A DNA stretch of 64,000 bases from Halobacteriovoraceae bacterium (GCA_963719505.1 CAVRCF010000005.1:288001-352000); one strand, 5' to 3'. Counted from the first letter of the stretch, positions 39,339 through 49,847 are shown. The notes: generated by a model from the sequence alone, not told the origin. Numbers and translations are program-made.

Positions 39339-40341
39339 CAAAGTACCTATCATATGCATTTTTATCTTTTGAACTCTTTTTTGGAACAATATTCGACCGA
39401 TTGGCTTTTTTAATAATTTCTTTCATTTTACTTGATGCATTTTTCTGAACCACAAGCCCTTTATTTTCATCCACGACGACACCTTTAGGTGGAATATAGG
39501 TGCCATTGTCATCAGCTGTTCCCAAAAGTTTATCACCCTCGACTGGAGGAACATAAACTCCTTTGTCAAAGTCTACAAAGCCAAGAGATGCCGTCTTGTT
39601 GTCCTCTAAATTGGCCGTAAATTCTTTTTCCAAGATTTTTGCCTCAGCGTTAATTTTGGACATCTCTGATTTTCCAATATCCGTCTTGGTCGCCCCGAGG
39701 GAATCGTCTTTTTTCATCAAAAGAAACTGCTTAGGATTTATCTTAACCTTTTGCGTTTTTTTAATATCAGATTCTGCAACTCTAAAAAGATCACCTTTAA
39801 CAACGGAGGTCTGATTTGTTTCTAAATCTTTTTTGAGTTCCTTAATTGATTGAGTTTCTCCAATTTTAGATTTTTTCATATCGACTTTTCCCTCATAAGT
39901 AAGAAGAGAAGTCTTTTTAGCTTTTGGTGCAAAGGAGACTTGAAATTCTGTACCACGAACTCCCATCGTTGCAGAGTTAGTTTTGACGAGAAATTTTTTG
40001 TCGTTATTTTTATTTTTATCAACAAGGGCCCTGATCTTTCCAGAAACAAGGTTCACTAAAGAGGTTTTATCTTGCATATCCATATCCAAAACCACTTTTG
40101 AATTTGGTCCCACTGTCAAAAATGAAGAGTTGATATATTTAATTCTAGCAAAGCCCTTACCATCGACATAAACGGATGTGTCTTTGACCAGTTTAGACTT
40201 TTTCGTCAATAACTGGGCTTTCTTGGAGCCTGGGGCCAAGAAAGTTACCTTTCCCTTCACGATAAGCGCGCTGGCAATCTGGGGCATTGCAAAAGAGACA
40301 GAGACATAACTGAGACATAGTAAACAAATTAATTTTTTCAT
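39331..40341 (-). CDS. Secreted FecR-domain protein
   Basis: VGPNSKV, LVSGKIRA, TNSATMGVRGTEF and YEGKV. Confidence 0.88.
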   Translation of the reverse strand: MKKLICLLCLSYVSVSFAMPQIASALIVKGKVTFLAPGSKKAQLLTKKSKLVKDTSVYVDGKGFARIKYINSSFLTVGPNSKVVLDMDMQDKTSLVNLVSGKIRALVDKNKNNDKKFLVKTNSATMGVRGTEFQVSFAPKAKKTSLLTYEGKVDMKKSKIGETQSIKELKKDLETNQTSVVKGDLFRVAESDIKKTQKVKINPKQFLLMKKDDSLGATKTDIGKSEMSKINAEAKILEKEFTANLEDNKTASLGFVDFDKGVYVPPVEGDKLLGTADDNGTYIPPKGVVVDENKGLVVQKNASSKMKEIIKKANRSNIVPKKSSKDKNAYDRYFDV

Positions 40342-40499
40342 AATAAAATAGTAACCGTTATTTCGTATTAATCAATGTTAAACGCTAGGGAAAATACTTC
40401 ACAGATGCAGCGCAACACTTCTCAGAAAACTATTAGAGATATGCCTAGTCGAAAAATTTCAATTTTGCTAAGATCTGTGCAATAGAGAGGGAAATTTAT

Positions 40500-41966
40500 A
40501 TGCTGTATAAATCTAAAGATGAAATCACTAAGTCTTATGACGTAATCGTTATAGGATCTGGCCTTGCCGGTATGACTGCGGCCAATAAGATGGGTAAAGA
40601 CGGATTAAAAGTCTTACTACTTGAAGCACATAATAAACTTGGTGGTTTTGCGACTTGGTTTTATAGAAATAAAAAAGATCACGTCTTTGATATCTCTTTG
40701 CATGGTTTCCCCTTTGGAATGAAAAAAACTTGTCGCAAGTACTGGAACAAAGAGATAGCAGACCATATTGTTCAGTTAAAAGATGTAAGATTTGAAAATC
40801 CTCAGTATAGTCTTCAGTCGACTTTTACCCGTGAGGATTTTACCGACAAACTGGTCAATCACTTTAAAGTCGAACTAGATACGGTTAATGCCTTTTATGA
40901 TTTTGTTGAATCCATGAATTTCTACGACGACCAATCCATGACAAACAAAGAACTCTTTCAAAAGTTTTTTCCCGACAGGATCGATATTGTGAGATTTCTG
41001 ATGGAGCCGATTGTTTATGCTAACGGCTCTACCCTTGATGATCCCGCAATCACTTATGGAATTGTTTTTTCTAATTTTATGAGTAAAGGGGTCTACACCT
41101 TCAAAGGTGGAACCGACGAGATCATAAAAATGATGAAAGAGGAGCTTCTTGCCAACGGTGTGGATATAAAAATGCACGCCAAAGTAGACGAGCTCATAAT
41201 TGAAAACTCAATTTGCAAAGGGGTTATCTTAAAAGGAAAACCCATTCATTCAAAAAGTGTTCTCTCCAATGCAAATCTTAGAACCACCATCTTAAAAATG
41301 GCAAAAGCTGAAAATTTTAGTCCTAATTTTATTGAAAAAGTAAAAAAAGTAAGAATGAACTCATCGTCTTGCCAAGTTTATATTGGTATCAAGCCTGGAG
41401 AAACTATTCCCCATATCGGAGATCTTGTTTTTACCTCCACTCATCCAAGCTTTGATTCACAAGCCCTTGTCGGGTTTAACATCACAAGTAGAACCTTTAG
41501 TGTCTATTATCCAGAGGGGCGACCTTATGATGAAAAACCAAGATATGCCATTGTTTCATCGACTAATGCAAACTTTGATGACTGGGCCAACCTCGATGAT
41601 GAAACCTATGAAATTGAAAAACAAAAAATGATTGATGAGACGATTGAATGTTTAGAAAAGTATATCCCAAATATTAAAACTAAAATTGATTTTCTTGAAG
41701 CGGCGACACCAAAAACAGTTCAAAAGTTTGTCCACCACGAGAAAGGCTCTTCTTTTGGAACTAAGTTTGAAGGTTTAGAAATTAGCATGGGTCTTCATAA
41801 AGAAATCGCTGGTCTCTTTCATGCCGGTAGTGTTGGAATTATCATGAGTGGATGGCTTGGAGCTGCAAATTATGGAGTCATTCAATCCAATGAAATAAGT
41901 AGTTATATTTATCATCTAGAAAAAAATAAGGAACAAAATATTGTTCATGGAGAAATGCATGTCTAA
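40500..41966 (+). CDS. CrtI/phytoene-desaturase-family FAD oxidoreductase (1)
   Basis: YDVIVIGSGLAG, EAHNKLGG, FDISLHGF, ATPKT and C-terminal GLFHAGS. Confidence 0.88.
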   Translation: MLYKSKDEITKSYDVIVIGSGLAGMTAANKMGKDGLKVLLLEAHNKLGGFATWFYRNKKDHVFDISLHGFPFGMKKTCRKYWNKEIADHIVQLKDVRFENPQYSLQSTFTREDFTDKLVNHFKVELDTVNAFYDFVESMNFYDDQSMTNKELFQKFFPDRIDIVRFLMEPIVYANGSTLDDPAITYGIVFSNFMSKGVYTFKGGTDEIIKMMKEELLANGVDIKMHAKVDELIIENSICKGVILKGKPIHSKSVLSNANLRTTILKMAKAENFSPNFIEKVKKVRMNSSSCQVYIGIKPGETIPHIGDLVFTSTHPSFDSQALVGFNITSRTFSVYYPEGRPYDEKPRYAIVSSTNANFDDWANLDDETYEIEKQKMIDETIECLEKYIPNIKTKIDFLEAATPKTVQKFVHHEKGSSFGTKFEGLEISMGLHKEIAGLFHAGSVGIIMSGWLGAANYGVIQSNEISSYIYHLEKNKEQNIVHGEMHV

Positions 41967-42699
41967 CTTTAATGGCCAAACAGTTATTGTCACTGGCGGA
42001 ACAAGAGGAATTGGGAGAGGAATCGTTGAGAGTTTTCTAAAAGATGGAGCCAGTGTCATTGCAACTTATGCAAGAAACGATCAAGCAGCTCATCTTTTTA
42101 AAGAAGAGATGATTCAATTTGGAGAGAAGTTAACTCTTAAGAAATTTGATGTTTCAAAACTGTCTGAAGTTGAAAGCTTCTTCACAGAAATAGATAATAA
42201 CGGCTCAACGATTGATATATTGGTTAATAATAGTGGAATTAGACAAGATAACCTCACGGCCAGTATGACTGAAGGCCAATGGGATACCGTTATGGATATC
42301 AACCTGAAAGGAACTTTTAATATGAGTCAAAAAGCTGTTCTTCATATGATGAAAAACAGATACGGGCGTATCATTAATATTTCTTCGATTGGCGGAGCAC
42401 TAGGACTTCCAGGACAAGCCAACTATGCCGCTAGTAAAGCAGGACAGGTAGCTTTAAGTAAGGTTCTAAGTAAAGAAGTCGCCAAAAGAAAAATCACAGT
42501 CAATAATATCGCCCCGGGCTTTATTGAAACAGAACTTTTAGCAGACCTTCCAGAGGAACAAATTAAAGAGTATAAAAAATCAGTGCCGATGAAACGCTTT
42601 GGAACAGTAGAAGAAGTTGCAAGTGCGGTAAAATTTCTTGCAAGTAAAGAGGCAAGTTATATTACTGGTACAACAATTGAAATATCCGGTGGTCTGTAG
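41959..42699 (+). CDS. fabG: 3-oxoacyl-ACP reductase
   Basis: TGGTRGIG, NNSGI, GQANYAASK and APGFIET. Start at ATG 41959 after GGAG. Confidence 0.9.
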   Translation: MSNFNGQTVIVTGGTRGIGRGIVESFLKDGASVIATYARNDQAAHLFKEEMIQFGEKLTLKKFDVSKLSEVESFFTEIDNNGSTIDILVNNSGIRQDNLTASMTEGQWDTVMDINLKGTFNMSQKAVLHMMKNRYGRIINISSIGGALGLPGQANYAASKAGQVALSKVLSKEVAKRKITVNNIAPGFIETELLADLPEEQIKEYKKSVPMKRFGTVEEVASAVKFLASKEASYITGTTIEISGGL

Positions 42700-43121
42700 T
42701 GAATGAAGAAATAAAAAAACGAATTCCCCAAAGAGAACCCTTTCTCTATATCGAAGAAATTGTCTCAAAAGAAGAAAGAACAATAACCACATCTAAAAAG
42801 ATTACTGGTGAAGAGGATTTTTTTAAAGGTCACTTTCCAGGTGATCCGATCATGCCCGGTGTTCTTATTTGCGAGGCGGCCTTTCAAACCGGAGCACTCC
42901 TTATGAGCTATATTATGGAAGGTGGAATAACCGGAAAGACTGCGGTCGTCAGTCGCATTCAATCCGCAAAATTTAAAAATATGGTTCGCCCTGGAGATGA
43001 ACTCCAAATGACTGTCAGCTTGGTCGATCAATTAGAAAATGCGGCTTATCTGAAAGGTAAGGTGACAACAAATGGAAAAACGGCTCTTCAAATTGAGTTC
43101 GCCTGTACACTAGTAGGTTAA
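42699..43121 (+). CDS. fabZ: 3-hydroxyacyl-ACP dehydratase (FabZ-like)
   Basis: PQREPFL and FFKGHFPGDPIMPGVLICEA. Confidence 0.88.
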   Translation: MNEEIKKRIPQREPFLYIEEIVSKEERTITTSKKITGEEDFFKGHFPGDPIMPGVLICEAAFQTGALLMSYIMEGGITGKTAVVSRIQSAKFKNMVRPGDELQMTVSLVDQLENAAYLKGKVTTNGKTALQIEFACTLVG

Positions 43122-43122
43122 A

Positions 43123-43911
43123 ATGGATTTTAAAGACAAATGGATATATATTGCGGGAATTGCGAATAAAAAAAGTGTGGCTTTTCACACCGCAAAGTCG
43201 CTTCAAGAGCGCGGTGCCAAGCTTATTTTATCAGCTCAGAACCAAAAAAATCTAGAACAAATAAACAAAATTTTTCCTGACTCCCCTTCTTTTATTCTTG
43301 ATGTTGAAGATGAAAGTCAGATGAGTGAATTAAAAAATAAAATATCCACCTTTACTCAAAAAATAGATGGCTTTCTTCACTCTTTGGCCTTTGCCAATTT
43401 TTCAGAGGGACCAAAGCCTTTTCATGAAACCAAAAGATCAGATTACCTTCAAGCTTGTCAAATCAGTAGTTTTTCATTTATCGAAATGAGTAATTCTCTG
43501 AAGTCCCTTTTCTCTCAGAACGCTTCGGCAGTAACAGTCTCTATATCAAGCACCAAGGCCACAAGTTACGGCTACCTAGGTCCTATAAAAGCCATGCTTG
43601 AAACGAGTGTGTGCTACCTTGCAAAGTCCTTCTCTGAATTTTCTAATGTCCGATTTAATTCAGTTGGAGCTGGACCGCTTAAGACTTCCGCCAGCGCTGG
43701 GATTCCAGACTATATTGAGAACTATCTCTATTCCGAGCAACTAACTTTAAGGAAAAAGTCTCTTCAAACTCAAGAAGTTGCCAATGTTATCTGTTTTCTT
43801 CTCAGCGATCTTTCAAGTGGGGTTAATGCCACAAACCAAATTGTTGACTGTGGAATGAGTAGTAATTATTTTGACCAAAACATTGTCAAAGGTTTTGCCA
43901 AGAACCTTTAA
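43123..43911 (+). CDS. fabI: Enoyl-ACP reductase (divergent FabI-like)
   Basis: GIANKKSVA, HSLAFA, Y......K (YGYLGPIK) and AGPLKTSASAGI. Confidence 0.8.
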   Translation: MDFKDKWIYIAGIANKKSVAFHTAKSLQERGAKLILSAQNQKNLEQINKIFPDSPSFILDVEDESQMSELKNKISTFTQKIDGFLHSLAFANFSEGPKPFHETKRSDYLQACQISSFSFIEMSNSLKSLFSQNASAVTVSISSTKATSYGYLGPIKAMLETSVCYLAKSFSEFSNVRFNSVGAGPLKTSASAGIPDYIENYLYSEQLTLRKKSLQTQEVANVICFLLSDLSSGVNATNQIVDCGMSSNYFDQNIVKGFAKNL

Positions 43912-44915
43912 AGTCTTCGAAGATCCATCGATTCATTTCTTTGCTTAAAAGTTTTGATCAGACCCTGCTCTATTGAGATTGTCGGCTCGTAATCAAAATC
44001 TCTATTTGCTTTTGCATGGGAAAAATAATGACTTTTCGCCAACTGACAGGCCACAAATCTAGTCATCGGTGGTTCGGGTTTAATAACCCCTAAAGCGCTG
44101 AAGACTTTCTCAAAAAGCCAACCTAGATTGTAAGCCGATCTAAAACTTATACTACTTTCAACTAAATCCTCTCCAGAAGACACAAGAAGGGTGTTTATAA
44201 ACTCCCAAAGCTTCACCGGTCTCTCCTGACCTATAAAATATGATTGACCCGATAAGGAGGAATCATTTAAAAGTTTCTCAAAAGCCTTAACGTGAGCGAG
44301 AGCTGCATTTTCAACAAAAATAACGTCAACTAAATTTTCACCATCACCGACTTGTTTTAACCTTCCAGCTTTTGCCTTTTGGACAAGTCTCGGAAGAATA
44401 TGGGGGTCACCTGGTCCCCAAATTAAATGGGGACGCAGCGCTAAAGCTTTAAATGAGTCTGAAGCTGCTTCCAAAACATATTTTTCAGCATTGGCCTTAG
44501 TTCGGCCATAATGATTGAGAAACTTCTTTGGATAGTTAAGCGTCTCATCACCGAGAATAATATCTTCTTTTTCAAAGACGACACTAGGACTTGAAGTATA
44601 AATAAAATATTGAATACCAATTTCTTTGCAGGCATCCACAAGTTGAATTGTTCCTACCTCATTGGTCTGAACAAAGTCTTCTTCTTTACCCCAAACGCCT
44701 GCGATAGCTGCCACGTGAAAGACAGCATCTATCCCTTCAAGGGCTGATTTAATAGAATCTACGTCTCTAAGTGATCCTTTTCTTGTCTTGATACCCAAAT
44801 GATCAAGTTCGCTATGGTGGTGACGAGAAAAATTAATAACGTCATATTTCTCAACGAGAATTTTACAAATATTTAATCCTAAGAACCCGCCGGCCCCAGT
44901 TACTAAAATCTTCAC
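43908..44915 (-). CDS. oleD: 2-alkyl-3-oxoalkanoate reductase OleD
   Basis: TGAGGFLG, HVAAIAGVWG, YTSSPSVVF, YGRTK and LRPHLIWGPGD; ole gene context. Confidence 0.88.
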   Translation of the reverse strand: MKILVTGAGGFLGLNICKILVEKYDVINFSRHHHSELDHLGIKTRKGSLRDVDSIKSALEGIDAVFHVAAIAGVWGKEEDFVQTNEVGTIQLVDACKEIGIQYFIYTSSPSVVFEKEDIILGDETLNYPKKFLNHYGRTKANAEKYVLEAASDSFKALALRPHLIWGPGDPHILPRLVQKAKAGRLKQVGDGENLVDVIFVENAALAHVKAFEKLLNDSSLSGQSYFIGQERPVKLWEFINTLLVSSGEDLVESSISFRSAYNLGWLFEKVFSALGVIKPEPPMTRFVACQLAKSHYFSHAKANRDFDYEPTISIEQGLIKTFKQRNESMDLRRL

Positions 44916-46540
44916 TTATCCTCCAGCTGTTGAGCCCAGCGTGTGAGAGCTAATCTATCTATCTTTATATTATGCCTAACATCCACAGGCAGCTTTTTAT
45001 GCAAATAGTATTCAAATTGAAAGTTTTTAAATTGGCTCTCAATAACAATAGTCTTTAATTCGCTATCAAAACTCTCTTTTTCTCTCGCTGTCATTGTCGT
45101 CTTGCCATCAACTCGCTCAATAACAAATTTTGCTTTATTAGCATTTTTAATAAGAGCAGACTTTCTAATCATAGAGTGCTGATTTATAACCGTTTCAAAA
45201 AGGATAGGAAAAAACTTTTTTGAGCCGATGCTAAAGAAGTGGGATGAGCGACCACAAAACCAAAGATTTCCCTCGTCGTCAAAATAACCCATATCCCCCA
45301 TGCGATGATAGAAGTTGTTCTCAATATGAATTTTTGCCAGTTTCGTTTTCTCGGGCATATTAAAATAGCTTCTCGTTGTGACTTTACTGCTGACAATAAT
45401 CTCACCAATCTCACCCACTGGAAGTAGCTCAAAGTTATCTTCAGTGATTTCACCATCTACAAATTTTACGATCTTAACATCTACTTCTGTAATAGGTTTT
45501 CCCAGACAGGTTCCATTACCTTCAAGGATAGTCTGACCGAACTTCTTTAAAATTTCTTTACCACTAATATTACAAACAGGAAGACACTCTGTAGCACCAT
45601 AAGGAGTATAAGTTGTCCCAGCAGGAAGAATCTTTTTAAACTTCTCATGTAAAGACACTGGAATAGGTGCGCCAAACATGACTAGATACTTTACCGAAGG
45701 CAGTGTGATACGATTTTCTAAACAATGATCTGCCAGTTTTGTCCAAATCGCAGGAGAGCCAGCAACAAAGGTTGCACCTTGATCCATGATATTTTTAAGA
45801 AGTTTTTGAGGATTACTCATCCCTGGTTTGGATGGATTCATATCTGGAATAACACTTGTCATTCCCATGCTCAGTGTAAAAAGAGCAAAAAGAGGAAAAC
45901 CCGGAATATCGATATCATCATGTGTTAAGCCGAAAGACTTTTTTAACAAAGAGGTTTGTTCGATAAAAATCTCGTGGGAATAGACGACACCTTTTGGAAC
46001 GCCCGTACCACCACTGGTAAAAAGAATAGCAGCCATATCATCTTTATCCATAACAACTGAGTCAAAAAGTGAAATCTCAGAATCAATATGACTTGTCATG
46101 CTTTTAGAGAAAACTGAAATTTTACTTGTACATAAATACAATTCTATTGATTTAAACTTTTCTCTAAATATTCTCGCAATAAGATGAGCAGCCGGAATAC
46201 CAAGAAGAACTCGGGCTCCAATGGATTCAATTGAGCTTAAAACATTTTTTAATCCCATACCGGGATCAATAAGAACAGGGATTGCTCCAATCTTAAAAAG
46301 CGCAAAGGTATAAGCACAAAAATCAACTGAAGGCTTAACAAAGACTAAAACCTTATCACCTTTTTTTACCCCTGCCTTTTGAAAGCGATGAGCAAACTGA
46401 TTGATTCTTTTTTCAAGATCGATAAAGGTGTAGTGCTCATAAAAATAGTGGAGACTAAACAGTGAACAGCGGCTCATCACCACAGCTCGTTTATATGGCA
46501 TCTCAATCGCCTTATCGGTTATTTGATCGGCAACATTCAC
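44912..46540 (-). CDS. oleC: Olefin beta-lactone synthetase OleC
   Basis: IDPGMG, LFTSGGTGVPKG, TPYGATE, HRMGD and PVDVRHNIKIDR. Confidence 0.9.
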   Translation of the reverse strand: MNVADQITDKAIEMPYKRAVVMSRCSLFSLHYFYEHYTFIDLEKRINQFAHRFQKAGVKKGDKVLVFVKPSVDFCAYTFALFKIGAIPVLIDPGMGLKNVLSSIESIGARVLLGIPAAHLIARIFREKFKSIELYLCTSKISVFSKSMTSHIDSEISLFDSVVMDKDDMAAILFTSGGTGVPKGVVYSHEIFIEQTSLLKKSFGLTHDDIDIPGFPLFALFTLSMGMTSVIPDMNPSKPGMSNPQKLLKNIMDQGATFVAGSPAIWTKLADHCLENRITLPSVKYLVMFGAPIPVSLHEKFKKILPAGTTYTPYGATECLPVCNISGKEILKKFGQTILEGNGTCLGKPITEVDVKIVKFVDGEITEDNFELLPVGEIGEIIVSSKVTTRSYFNMPEKTKLAKIHIENNFYHRMGDMGYFDDEGNLWFCGRSSHFFSIGSKKFFPILFETVINQHSMIRKSALIKNANKAKFVIERVDGKTTMTAREKESFDSELKTIVIESQFKNFQFEYYLHKKLPVDVRHNIKIDRLALTRWAQQLEDK

Positions 46541-46543
46541 AAG

Positions 46544-47419
46544 CTAAACTCTTTCCAAAAAGTCTTTTATATTTGATATAACATCATCAGCTTCGTCCTC
46601 TAGAATATAGTGACCAGCATCCTTATAATATTTATAATAGGCATCGGGATAAATCTCCTGCCATTTTCTAAAAAAGACATCGTTAAAACAAAAATCTTTT
46701 CCTCCCCAAAGAATAATTTTTGGACAGTTGAGTTCTTTAAGCTTATCTTCAATCTTCTTTAGTTCTTGAAAGCTTCTATGATCTTTTTTAAGGGGAATGT
46801 CTTGGACAAATTCTGCAACTGCTATCCGGTTTTTAGGTGAGTCGTAGGGAAACAAATATCCAGCTTTAATAGTGGGACTAAGCTTCTTTTTTGAAGCCAT
46901 AAATGTCGCGGGCCTTGCGAAAGCGTTAAAGTTTTTAACAATAAACTTTCCAAATAATTTATTTTTACATAGACCAATAGTAAATGGAATCCTATTGATA
47001 TGAAAAGCCGCTGTGTTGAGTATAACGATATTCTTTATAAGTTTAGGGTGCCTTGTCGCGAGACCGAAACCTATAGCACCCCCCCAGTCATGAACAATTA
47101 GAGTTATATTTTTTAAGTCTAAAAATTGAACTAAAGTCTCAAGATTATCGATATGATTTTTTAAAGTATATTCATAATCTTGGGGTTTGTCAGAGAGACC
47201 ACAGCCAATATGGTCGGGCACAATAACACGGTGACTATGTTCAAGCTCTCTTGCCACATTTCTATAGTAAAAAGACCAAGTAGGATTGCCGTGAACCATG
47301 AGGACAGGGTCACCTTCACCTTGGTCGATATAGTGATATTGATTGGAGCTGATATCCAAATAATTTGAGGCGAAAGGATAAAGATTTTTTAGTTCACTAT
47401 CGAGGGTTCTTTTTAACAT
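46544..47419 (-). CDS. oleB: Beta-lactone decarboxylase OleB (haloalkane-dehalogenase-like)
   Basis: HGNPTWSF, DHIGCGLSDKP, HDWGG, DFCF and AGHY. Confidence 0.9.
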   Translation of the reverse strand: MLKRTLDSELKNLYPFASNYLDISSNQYHYIDQGEGDPVLMVHGNPTWSFYYRNVARELEHSHRVIVPDHIGCGLSDKPQDYEYTLKNHIDNLETLVQFLDLKNITLIVHDWGGAIGFGLATRHPKLIKNIVILNTAAFHINRIPFTIGLCKNKLFGKFIVKNFNAFARPATFMASKKKLSPTIKAGYLFPYDSPKNRIAVAEFVQDIPLKKDHRSFQELKKIEDKLKELNCPKIILWGGKDFCFNDVFFRKWQEIYPDAYYKYYKDAGHYILEDEADDVISNIKDFLERV

Positions 47420-48451
47420 TATATTTTTACTCCAAGCATAACTGAATGCAGACCACTACCAATACCCAACAGAGCCACATTTTGATTTGATAAAAGTCTT
47501 TTACTCTCCATCGCTTTAACAAAGGTAAGGGGAAGAGCAGCCGAGCCGGTATTTCCATATTGATCAAAAGTTTTGTGGTCCTTCAAAATATCTAAGTCTA
47601 ATTCCTTGTACATTAAATCTCTGTGAGCACTTCCTACTTGGTGACAGATCAGATGATCAAAGTCTTGCTCCTTGAGAGACAACTCTTTTTGCAGCCCAAT
47701 CCAAGTCTCCTTCGCAAGTTTTACACCAGCGTGTAAAAGTTCTTCAGACTCTGTTTGCATCATTAAAGAGTCCGCATTGCCTGATCCCGTACAAAGAGCA
47801 CTGGCCTCACTATCAGTTAGAGAATACCCACCAAGAAGCTTGTGTCCATTTTGACAAAGGTCTTTGTGACTTAAAATAAATGCGACACCACAGGAGCCTA
47901 TAGTAAGATTTGCAATAAACTTTTTTATCGATTTTCTGGTCAAACTCATGTCTGAATTTAACTTATTTATTGTCTCCTCTATCAGAGGTCCCGAGTTCTC
48001 ACCCGTGACAATAAGAGCGGTTTTTATCGTGCCATTTTCGATCATATCAGCGGCGACAGTCATCGCATTAACAAAGCCCAAACAAGCATTGGAGAGATCA
48101 AAACTCATGCACTGAGGCTTTAGCTTAAGGTTGTTGTGGATACTTGAGGCCGTTGAAGGCTCTAGAAAATCTCGACAGACACTTGAGTGAATTAAAAGGT
48201 CGATATCAGAATGTTCAAACTGTGATTTCTCCAACGCTTTAATTGCAGCACCAGTTGCAATTAAACTGGGTTTAGTTCCCACAGGCCAGCATCCCTCTTT
48301 TCTCTATAGAGGTTTGAAGCTCCAAACGACCAAAGGGAAGCTTAAGTCGCTCATAAACTGGGGCCAATCTAGTTTCCATATCATCAGAGGACAAAAAGAT
48401 CTCAGGATCATGATATGCATAATTTTCAATGACAACATTTGTATATTTCAT
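47419..48451 (-). pseudogene. oleA: OleA acyl-CoA condensing enzyme, frameshifted as sequenced (+1 nt near 48293-48295)
   Basis: ATG 48451 gives MKYTNVVIENY...RLKLPFGRLELQTSIEKRG then a stop at 48272. The alternate frame continues CWPVGTKPS...RDFLEP, SNACLG, HQVG and GNTGS. The 1033-nt span equals 344 codons plus 1 nt. Confidence 0.85.
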
Positions 48452-49846
48452 TTAATTTTCCATTAAACCGTGAAGGTTCGCCATTGAAATGCCTGACAGC
48501 ATTGATCCCACAATTCCTAAAAATCCTTGATCAGTTCCAATGATAAATAAATTTGAAAATTCTGTTCTTCCATCTCTTGTCTTATCTGGGGAGCCATAGA
48601 CTGTGCCATCAAAATGAGAAGTATAACGCTCTACAGTTGTAGGGCTAAAAACGTCATAAAAGTGAACTTTTGAATCAAACTTGGGGTTTAGCTTTTTTAG
48701 AAGGTTTAAAGAGTGTTCGTATACAACTTCTTTTTCTTCTTTATATCTTTCCTTCTCCAAGGCCTTCCATTTGTCATAATTGGCCATAAAGGTCACTCTA
48801 TAAGTCCCCTCACCTTCACGGTTTTCTCTTTCATAATTATCAGGGCAACAAATAACTGCCGAACTTGAATCAAAGAGGGTCTCTGAACGTGAGTAATCAT
48901 ACTTATTAGAATTATTATAAAAAACAATTGTTGGATCAAATTCTAGCGGTTTGGATTCAGTAACGATGATGGTCTCCATAAAAGAGAGTTTTCCAACGCT
49001 GACTTTGTTTGAAGCTTCAACACCAATAAGTTTTAACGTTTCAGGATATCCCATTGAGGAGAAAATTTTATCACACTCATAAGTATTCTTACTGGTTTTC
49101 ACGTGGGTAATTTTTGAAGGAGAGCAAATAATATTCTCAACACCTTCTCTGAAGTGTAGCTGCCCACCAAGATCTGAGTATCTCTTTAGAAGCTTATCAA
49201 TAATCGTTCGAACCCCACCTTCAGGTCTAGAAAATCCTTCCATATAAATTGATTTAAACATAATAACGAATTGAGCAAAATCCATATCGTGCTCCCAAGC
49301 GGAACCGTAGATAAGAAGTGGACATATAATCATTTCAATAAGGTCGTCGTTTTTAATATACTTTTGAAGGACAGATCTTGAAGAGCTATATCCTTGATCA
49401 AGATTGAGCTCATCAAATTCATCAATCGTGCTCAGAAGTTTTTGAAAATTTTCTTTTTCTTGTGGAAACTCTCGATTGACTTCTTCGACAAAGAGCTCAA
49501 ACTCGTTGCTAAATTTAATTTTATGTTCTGGAAAATCGATTGAAGAGTATGTTTGCTCGTGCAACTGAAACTCGTCATAAGAGAAACGAAGCTGTTTTAG
49601 AAGTTTAGTAAAAGGCTTTTTTCTTTCACCTTTTTTGGCAAAGTTGGTTAATGCGTGAAGTCCCACGTCAAACTTTCTGACTCCACCATATTCTTTGTTG
49701 CGTCTTTGGTAATAGGAATTAAGGCCCCCGGCAATCGAGTGTTTTTCAAGAATGAGAACCTTTTTATCAAACATCGCCAGCCTGATACCCGCTGCAAGAC
49801 CACTCATACCAGCCCCCACAACTATGGCATCATACTTCGTCGTCAT
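48452..49846 (-). CDS. CrtI/phytoene-desaturase-family FAD oxidoreductase (2)
   Basis: YDAIVVGAGMSG, EKHSIAGG, FDVGLHAL, FSPTT and GTDQGFLGIVG. Confidence 0.88.
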   Translation of the reverse strand: MTTKYDAIVVGAGMSGLAAGIRLAMFDKKVLILEKHSIAGGLNSYYQRRNKEYGGVRKFDVGLHALTNFAKKGERKKPFTKLLKQLRFSYDEFQLHEQTYSSIDFPEHKIKFSNEFELFVEEVNREFPQEKENFQKLLSTIDEFDELNLDQGYSSSRSVLQKYIKNDDLIEMIICPLLIYGSAWEHDMDFAQFVIMFKSIYMEGFSRPEGGVRTIIDKLLKRYSDLGGQLHFREGVENIICSPSKITHVKTSKNTYECDKIFSSMGYPETLKLIGVEASNKVSVGKLSFMETIIVTESKPLEFDPTIVFYNNSNKYDYSRSETLFDSSSAVICCPDNYERENREGEGTYRVTFMANYDKWKALEKERYKEEKEVVYEHSLNLLKKLNPKFDSKVHFYDVFSPTTVERYTSHFDGTVYGSPDKTRDGRTEFSNLFIIGTDQGFLGIVGSMLSGISMANLHGLMEN

Positions 49847-49847
49847 T

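Noticed and set aside
46544-47419. Haloalkane dehalogenase
   Set aside because: Its position between oleA and oleC identifies it as OleB, a known homolog of that family.
47419-48282. 287-aa FabH-like ORF starting at GTG 48282
   Set aside because: It lacks the conserved N-terminus, which is present upstream in another frame; treated as frameshifted oleA.
40500-49846. Carotenoid biosynthesis, suggested by two CrtI-like genes
   Set aside because: No crtB, crtE or crtY is nearby; the context is entirely acyl-ACP and ole genes.
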